A stretch of 64,000 bases of DNA from Chlorokybus atmophyticus (taxonomy: Eukaryota > Plantae > Mesostigma and Chlorokybus algae): contig RHPI01000560.1 of NCBI GenBank assembly GCA_009103225.1, forward strand, positions 806,460-870,459. Direction: 5' to 3'. The position numbers and the translations under genes are program-made. Shown piece after piece: positions 55,357-64,000 of this stretch (position 1 is its first letter; the number at the start of each line of letters is the position of its first letter). The notes under the pieces were generated by a model. The model did no database searches. It saw only the letters and a list, made by a program, of their open reading frames with translations, and was not told the DNA's origin.

Positions 55357-55764
55357 TGTAACGCGGGGCTTAGCCGACTAGGCCATGATAGCAGAAGTCG
55401 CTACCATGAGAGGTTGTGTATTGCTTATTAATGCTTCACAAGCCCTTCTTAGCCTATTCCACATTAATCGGCATTACATTCAACCCGGCTTTAACCGCGA
55501 TTTTACCTCACAGTTAAATTCATAACCATTCTCACCAACTGCCTGAGATCGTTTCCAACGGTCGCGAAAACCTACCCACTCGCGCGCAATTCTGTGCGCC
55601 CGGTGGGACTCAAACCCACGTCCTTTAGAGCTCCGATTACCAATGTAACGCAGGGTTTAGCCGACTAGGCCATGATAGCAAAAGTCGCTACCATGAGAGT
55701 TGTGAATTGCTTATTTATGCTTTACAAGCCCTTTTTAGCCTATTCCACATTAACGGGCATTACA
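55357..55764 (-). mobile_element. TRIM family A, copy 2
   Basis: LTRs 55644-55764 and 55357-55478, PBS at 55642-55630, T-arm GTGGG-TTTGAGT-CCCAC at about 55619-55603, PPT-like 55479-55498, TSD TTGGC/CTGGC. Confidence 0.92.
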
Positions 55765-56733
55765 CTGGCCCCGCCTGAGCTGGATTTGTAGGAAATCCCT
55801 TCTACCCAACATGGAAGGATTAAAGGGGGGGGGGGGGGGGGGGGGGNGGGAGAATATGAAAGCTGCCGCCCCCCCCTCCCCCCAAAAGGGGGAGAGGCAG
55901 CTTGCATATTTACATATATTGAAGAAATTCTATTTCCAACTCCCCTTAACACCTTCCGCAAAAGAATTACAACTGAAAACTACAATCCCTCTGTTTTTAT
56001 ACATCCAACTTTACGGGGACAGTTACGATATCACAATGACGTCAAGCAAGATAATTGAGTATCACGTGCATAACTTGTTTTGTGCCTGCATTAATATGTA
56101 GCGTCAATTTTGGAAGTTCTTCAGTTGTGCATAAAAGAATAAGTGTCTTTATCGTTGCTTTGACTTACTCTGACTTGTACTTGGCTAGATACACATAGAA
56201 GTGCTCCCCAAACGTGCACACTCGCACACACGCACATAAGATGGGCGCTTCTCTGAATAGTGTTTAAAGGACCTTCCCCCATCTCTGTGATGTCATTGGC
56301 GACTAGATTGGGCACCTTACACAATTACAGCGGGATATGAGTACTCAACCACTTGCTGCCATTATGCGGCACATTGTCATATACTCCCCCTTGCTGCCCT
56401 TTTACTCAACTTGGGTCGGAGGGCAGCAAGGGTGTGTATTTGAATATATGCTGCATACAGGCCAAAATGAAGCGCTTGGCATGCGTAATTTACTCGCCGT
56501 TTGCCTCCTTGAGGCAAGGCTCCCTGCCTTTGTATGTAATGACTGAGCACTCAACACAAGCATGAGGTCTATGTCGTTGTACTTTTGCATAGTATGTGAC
56601 TAAACATGATGATCTTACTTTTTCAAGCTCTGTGCATCACGAGTCACTGAAGCATCATGATGATGATGCTTACGCGTGTTTATGAATGCATAGGGTATGA
56701 GTCATGGGTATGAGTCAATGCGTGTCACCGTTG

Positions 56734-57563
<830 letters not shown>

Positions 57564-59218
57564 AAGCGGGAGGGCGCGAGGGAGAGAGGGAGAGGGAGAT
57601 GGACTTCAGGTCGCACATGGACACCAAGTTCATCATCTGTAGCTGCGCTTTAGTGCCATACAATCTATCCTCAGGGTTGCTAAACCCTAAGCGATCCACC
57701 AACAACTCAGTGGCTTGTAGCGTCTTGGCAGCTGTGACAAAGTGCAGGACAATGCAGAAATGGTTAAAATGGTAAGCGGCGGTATGGCACTCAACCCTGC
57801 AATGAGCGCTGGTCTGCCTACTGCAGGCTTTGCTTGCTCCTCCTCCTCATCATCACTCTGCTCTGTAAATTCCAACTTGAGCGTTTGCAGCTGGTTGCAT
57901 GCTGCGAGTGCGCTGAGGTTTTGGGATTGGCAAGAGGGAGACAGCGAGAGACCCTACTCTTGCACATTCCTGTAGCTGCTAAGGCTTAGAGCAATGTCCC
58001 CAATGTCATCATTGACAACTCTAAGGAAGTAGTCCATCCATATGACCTCAGGAGACACTTCGCCAAGCAGCTGCAGATCCTCACAGCTGCTTGGAGAAGT
58101 GTTTTGCTTTGGTTCAACTCCATGCACAATTGTCGCGTTCAGGGCGAAGCGCATTTCCGCATTTGCATAATTTAACTCCGGTCAATTACAAAGACCGCAT
58201 TATTGGTTGCCAATGCGTACAATTGCCGAAAACGCTTGTCACAACCCAACAAACCACATCCATGCACCCACCCACACACATGGCTGCTAAACACATGGCT
58301 GCCAATGGCAAGTGCACCCCAATTGCTACGACGATCTTTCCACAACAAACATGACACAATATCAGGAATGTGTGCATATACAACAACGAAATGTCAGGTC
58401 AAATTTGGGTTCACTTCAAAGTAAACTTAGTTCAGCAACCAAATGCCAGAGCGAATGTTTGCTTCTGCGGATTCAACTCCAGCCAAATGTTATGGTTTGC
58501 TTGCGTTGGCGCAATAGGTCTGTTTTTCTTGGCATGATTGAAATCTTTTGGGCATGGGAGTATCCTGCTGTGATGGAATGCCTTCTTGCGTTCCTCAATG
58601 TCGTGCAGATTGACCATAAAGGTCTTCGAAAAGTGGTCATTGTCCCACACCCAAGACATGTTCCTGCAGTGCACTCAAGGCTTGGATTGCGTAATTACAT
58701 GAGTACATTATGTTTGAAACAATCCGTCATTCACCGATTTTCCATTCCTTGAAGACGGCTTTGTAGTGCTCCTTCAGCTCTTAGGAAGTCCGTAACATTT
58801 TTCTACGTTCCTCCACAATCATTGAGGGGATACCGGCGTTGCTTAACTTTCTTCTGTGGCTGCTTAGCAGTGTCTAGTACACTGCCTCGCGAGGCTCGAG
58901 GTCGCCGGCAAGTCACTGTTGAATATGATGCCATTGAGTGAGATGAGATGCATCTGAGTGAAGGGCTCATCAGCTTTGGCGCGCCCACCCACACGATATC
59001 CACGCACGCTGACAATGGGTAGTCACGGACCCGTTATTGCTATCATCGGTATTGTTTTTGGGCATGTTCTGAGACCATTTGGACAGACTGTCGCGACTAC
59101 CAAGTACTTTTCGACATCCTAGATTATCATGGCATTGTTTGTGCTGCCTCACGTGTCTGACCTGGTGATGGTTGAATGAGGTAAAGCCTTCATGCACTGC
59201 GCCAATGTGCATTGCAGC

Positions 59219-59856
59219 TGTAACAGTCGAGGCCAAGTTTCATGAATTTACGACGTTTTTTGGCCCATTTATCAAGCACGATCTCATGACTTGTGGCAGA
59301 TATTGGCAATTTTGGAGTCTGCCCCGGATATCGACTGGGACCCCAAGACCAGTCCGGAAGGTGCTAGAAAACGGAGGGCCAGTCGAGAAGGGCTCGACCA
59401 GATTTTTAGAAGGGCCTGGCGCCATATGAGCACCTAGTTTGGAGATCTTTGGTGCGTAAGAAAGGTCTAGAAGTACACAGGGTTTTGCAATAATATCTTA
59501 GCATCTAATCTTGTGTAGCACGGGAATTGTCTAGACAGTAGCATGTGCAGTCTGCTAGGTATAAAAGCGTAATTCTACAATGTGCAATACAACCTTTAGC
59601 TCCCTAGTCTCTAGTGTGCAAGCCTGGTGGTGGTTAGCAGGGGTTGCTAGCATGTATCCATTGATGTGTGCTTGCTTGTGTGACAATTCAAGGCGCTACA
59701 CAAGTCGGTGTGTAGCTTCGAGCGCGTGCGTATGCGAGTGGCGGGGCGCGCGTGTGTGCCTGGCAGATGGGGCAAGGTTCCGGTGTGAATACCGTGCCTT
59801 GGTGAGAGGGTTGTTGATTGGATCAACTCATCGGTGACAAGGCGAGCACCGTCACA
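59219..59856 (+). mobile_element. Solo-type LTR of chromovirus family 1 with mismatched flanks (GCAGC and GACAT)
   Basis: Full length TGTAAC...GTCACA; homologous to 40874-41540. Confidence 0.92.
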
Positions 59857-60467
59857 GACATGGTTACATGGCATGTAGCTCCTCCTACGGCAGCGACTTT
59901 TGCTGCCATAGCCTAGTGCAGGGACGAGGGCCTTGTCCCTTGGGGGCAGGGATGAGGGTTAGCTGCCGCGCACGACTTGCGCGGTCGCGGGCAGGTCGTA
60001 ACGAGCTTGATAGGTGACTTGTGCAAGTCGGGGCGACGACCCCATGGGTAACGGGTTGGGTGGAATGTCATACCATGGTTATGGGACATGGTTAAATGGC
60101 ATGTGGCTCCTCCTATGGCAGCAACTTTTGCTGCCATAGCCTAGTGCAGTGACGAGGGTCCGGTCCCTTGGGGACAAGGACGAGGGTCAATTGCCGCGCG
60201 ACACTTGCGCAGCCGCGGGCATGTCGCGCCGAGCTTGATAGGTGACTTGGGCAAGTCATGGCGACGACCCCATGGGTAATGAGTTAGGAGGAATGTCATA
60301 CCATGGTTATGGACATGGTTAAATGGCATGTGGCTCCTCCTATGGCAGCGATTTTTGCTGCCATAACCTAGTGCACTGACAAGGGTCCGGTCCCTTGGGG
60401 ACAAGGTCGAGGGTCAATTGCCGCGCGACACTTGCGCAGCCGCGGGCAGGTCGCGGCGAGCTCAGTT
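59857..60467 (+). repeat. Tandem array (about 2.7 units, period 227-228 bp) of a TRIM-B deletion derivative
   Basis: Units start GACATGGTTA at 59857, 60085 and 60312; each carries the hairpin CTATGGCAGCAA-CTT-TTGCTGCCATAG or a variant, plus sequence matching 39007-39150. Confidence 0.88.
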
Positions 60468-63400
60468 TGTAACAACCACAGAGCCTATAACCTCCGCCGT
60501 CCCTTCAATCCTCCACCCCAATACCCACACCGCCGATGACAAGCCTGTCACGCCACCAGCAGCATGACGCTGCAGATGGAAGAGAGCTGAATGAGGTCTT
60601 ATCAGTTGATGAGACCTTATATATCAGGGATGTACCACATACATGTGTCTTGATATCGAACTCACAATTAGATATCACCTCTATAGATAGGGTAGCCGTT
60701 AGAAATCTAGCGTGAGCCAACAAGAGCTCAGATATACAACAATAAGATATCTAATGATATGGTACCTATCGCGATATCTGGCTATAGTGATCGCATATCT
60801 GATATGCGACTTTAAATTGGCTTGAATAGGCGGTTCTACACCCATTGGGACTTACCAAGGCTATAAAGTATTATAAGCTTTAATAAGCGAGGAACCATTG
60901 AAAAGAGGTATAAATAAGCATTTACATGTACTTATTTACGCAGTATATGTTATTTAGGTAGCAATAATACCCCTATTATTATTGCTCCCGTGACATTCCC
61001 CCCCACTTAGGTTATCAATGTCCTCGTTGAACTCAAGTTGATCTGGTTTTATCCCGAGTCAGTGACACCAGGGAGATAGCAGGAAATGATAGGTTGGTAA
61101 TGAATCTGCACTGCCAGTCTGTCATAACCAAGCCCGCAGTTTACGGTGGGATTCACACCCCAGTAAGCTCGAAGCAACGCACGGTAGTGTGTGAGATGCA
61201 TGTCAGGCTCTCAACTGTTATGTTTCGGGCCACATCCTTTCCATTTAACTAAATGGCGGGTCGCACGTCCACGCTTGTTTAGCTTATGGTCCAAGATGGC
61301 TTCCACCTCATATTCAAGCTCGCAGTCCACTTGAAGTGGCGGTGGTGGAGGCTGCGTTGAACCGTCAGAGCGGTAGGGTTCCAAGTTCACATGGAACACG
61401 TTATGCACATGCATGCTCGGGGGCAACTGCAGTCGGTAAGCATGCGTACCAACTTGATCGATAATAAAGAACGGTCTTAACCATTGGGGCAACAACTTGT
61501 GCGCCCCTGTACCTTTGATGATCATCATCAATGATTGTGTTTTTTGCATTAAGTAACATTTCATCGCTGATATTAAAAGTGGCCATTAATTGATGCTTAT
61601 CAACGTAAGCTTTTTGCCTATCCTGTGCTTGTGACAAATATAGCTTGATTCAAGCCAAATGTTTTTGCATAGCAATGGCAAACTCCTTTGCCGCTGGCAT
61701 AAAGATCATTGCGAGGTACGCGCAATAAAGCGGGTGTGTTAGGGTGAATCTCATAATTCAAAAGAAATGGGGTTTCTTTCGCACTCTCCTGCCATGCATT
61801 GTCCACAGCGAACTTTGCCATTGGCAAGTACCTGTCCCAATCAGTATGATCGCTCGCTCTGTTTGGCCATCTGTTTGCGGATGAAAAGCAGTAACGCTTT
61901 GTTTAACCCTCAACAACTCATAGACCTCCTTCCAAAATTTGCAAACAAAGCGAGGATATCGATTTATAATGAGCTCACGAGGTACACCGTGTGCCCCTAT
62001 AGATCGTCGACACAAACTTGCCAAGTCCCGAGCACTGACTGTCGTGCAACACGGGGCAAGTACACCCTTTTTGTTAAACGATTGACAAAAAGCACATTAG
62101 CAGTATACTTTGCTGCTGTTTCTAGAAGGTCAGTAATTAAATCCATGCTGACACTATCTCTTTTGTTTCGAAATCGCTAACGACTTAAGCAATCCCACTT
62201 GTTTTTGTCGTATTGGCTTATTACGCAGACACGCATCACATGTGCAAACATATTGATCCATATCAGCAGACATTAACGGCCACTAATATAATTATTGCGC
62301 ATATTTGAGTGTTTCATGTTTACTCAAATGCCCAGCACGGTGGGTCGTGTACTGATTGCAAGCGTTGCATGCGCAAGTTGCCCGAGTTGGGGACTACCAA
62401 CTGCTCTCGTTTATACCACAGATTGCCAACAGCAGTGAGCTGTTGTAAGTTCAGTTGATTGCCAAAGCAATTATCCACAGTATAACCTACGGACACGTCT
62501 TTTGGAAAAGGCTCCTTAGGTTGTGGCGAGTCACGCCTACTGCAAAGCGTGTGAGTGCAAAAAGAGCAGGGCTGCGACTTAGTGGATTTGCCACATTAGT
62601 GCGACCCGGACGGTATTGCCAAGTGAAAGTGAATTGAGAAATGAACTCATTTCACCTAGCTTGCCGGCTTGGTAGGTTTTGTTGCGTATGGAAACAGGTC
62701 AGCGGGTTATGACCAGTAATCACTAAAACTCCACCCCTTCCAAATAGCAACGCCACATGCGCAACGCATGCACAACCCCGAGTAGCTCTTGCTCAGTAGT
62801 CGTGTAGTTGCGTATAGCAGGAATGAACTTTCTGCTTTTATATGCACATGGTCTACCATCCTGCAGAAGGATTGCCCCACACCAAATGGTTGAAGCATCA
62901 CAAATAACTACAAAAGGCTTTGTGTGGTCTGGAAAAGCCAACACAGGTGCTTGGGTCAACGCATTTTTAATGCATATGAAAGCAACTTCGTGTGCCTCTG
63001 TCCACAATAACTTGACATCTTTTCGCAACAAAGATGTCAAAGAATTTGCCATGCTCGAGTATGCGCGCATGAACTTGTGAAAGTAATTAGCTAACTCCAA
63101 AAAAGCACGTAATTGATGCACATCCTTGGGTGATGGCCTTTACCGCAGTTACCTTTTGAGGATCTGGTTTCTATCCTTTTTTGCCAATAATATCATACAT
63201 GATGTCCCAGAAAGGGGAGTTCATCCTTTGCAAAGTTGCACTTGGACGAATTGGCATAGAATTTGTGTTCGCGCAACTTGGACAGAACCACTTCCACATG
63301 TTTGTGGTGTTCTTCCCGGGTTTTGCTGACCACAACAATATCATCCAGGTACACAAGCACAAACTTGTACAATTCATCAAAAAAGATTGCATTTATTATT

Positions 63401-63520
63401 GATTAAAACGTAGTAGGAGCATTGGTTCACCCGAAAGGCAATGTGTTGTATTCAAAGTGGCCTATTGGGGTGCGAAATGCTGTTTTCTGCACATTTACTG
63501 AATGAATTTCTGAGTTCCTG
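60468..63520 (-). mobile_element. Second chromovirus family, degenerate: RT, RNase H, integrase, chromodomain, PPT and 3' LTR (60468-60995)
   Basis: KTAFRTPIGHFEY..LPFG, VYLDDI, FLGH, AFPDHTKPFVVICDAS, NYTTTEQELLGVVHAL, TAFHPQTDGQTERA, YEVEAILDH...HLVKWKG; PPT at 60996-61009; LTR TGTCAC...GTTACA. Confidence 0.92.
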
Positions 63521-63919
63521 CCGCATCGCACCGACTTCTGACAGCTGCGACTCCACTGTTGTTGTTGGCTTGATGATCAGCGAGGCTTTGGCAGTGGACA
63601 ACTCTGCCGCGGTTTGGTCAGCTGGTAGACTTGCAGGCTGATGTTGCCCGAGCTGCAGACATTCCACGGACTCGACAGCGATCTCGTGCTTGTTCTTCAA
63701 GCGCTTGACGACGTAGTCTGCAATGTTGGCGCCTACTTTCGTTTGGCCACTTTGATGTTTTGCAGGGGCACATAACACTTGAGGCTGACCACAGCTTGCT
63801 TCTTGGTGCTTGTAGGCCTCTTGCTGCTGCCATAGTCTGCGCTACTGTCTTCAGTTGTTTAAATACACGCAATAAGGCCTGTCACAATGTTTGCAAAATA
63901 GCATTGTTGTCTGCGAGGA

Positions 63920-64000
63920 TTAGGGTTAGGGTTAGGGTTAGGGTTAGGGTTAGGGTTAGGGTTAGGGTTAGGGTTAGGGTTAGGGTTAGGGTTAGGGTTA
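63920..64000 (+). repeat. Telomeric array (TTAGGG)n
   Basis: Perfect hexamer array running to the window end, G-rich strand pointing outward. Confidence 0.95.

Noticed and set aside
57900-59150. Exon-like minus-strand blocks (for example RNMSWVWDNDHFSKTF...)
   Set aside because: Many stops in all three codon types and no recognisable family; cannot support a call.
59857-60467. CRISPR-like array of palindromic repeats
   Set aside because: Eukaryotic context, no unique spacers and no cas genes; the units are whole tandem copies derived from TRIM-B.

Overview
Subtelomeric 64 kb of a green-algal (Viridiplantae) nuclear chromosome, ending in (TTAGGG)n at 63920-64000. A clade-B AHL gene with land-plant intron positions, a plant-type mL40, cpSRP43 and the centriolar CCDC77 together suggest a flagellate-stage, early-diverging streptophyte alga; this is inference. 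Intron-rich host genes (CCDC77, DHHC palmitoyltransferase, BTB protein, AHL, mL40, cpSRP43, two NIDO-domain paralogues, several unknown or pseudogenised genes) lie among degenerate retroelements: Ty3/Gypsy chromoviruses, a copia fragment and an RLE-type non-LTR fragment. The main observations are: (1) two families of miniature LTR elements (TRIMs) carrying a tRNA-type Pol III promoter split across the 5'LTR/PBS boundary, with a covarying hairpin; (2) a retrotransposon with a C5 DNA methyltransferase downstream of its protease; (3) swapped target-site duplications among same-family LTRs around 39-59 kb; (4) a secreted NIDO-PKD-PDF1-like domain architecture. Long poly-G, (GA)n/(CT)n runs and N blocks show that the assembly is gapped, so long-range order needs read support. 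All protein identifications are by motif recognition; no database search was run.
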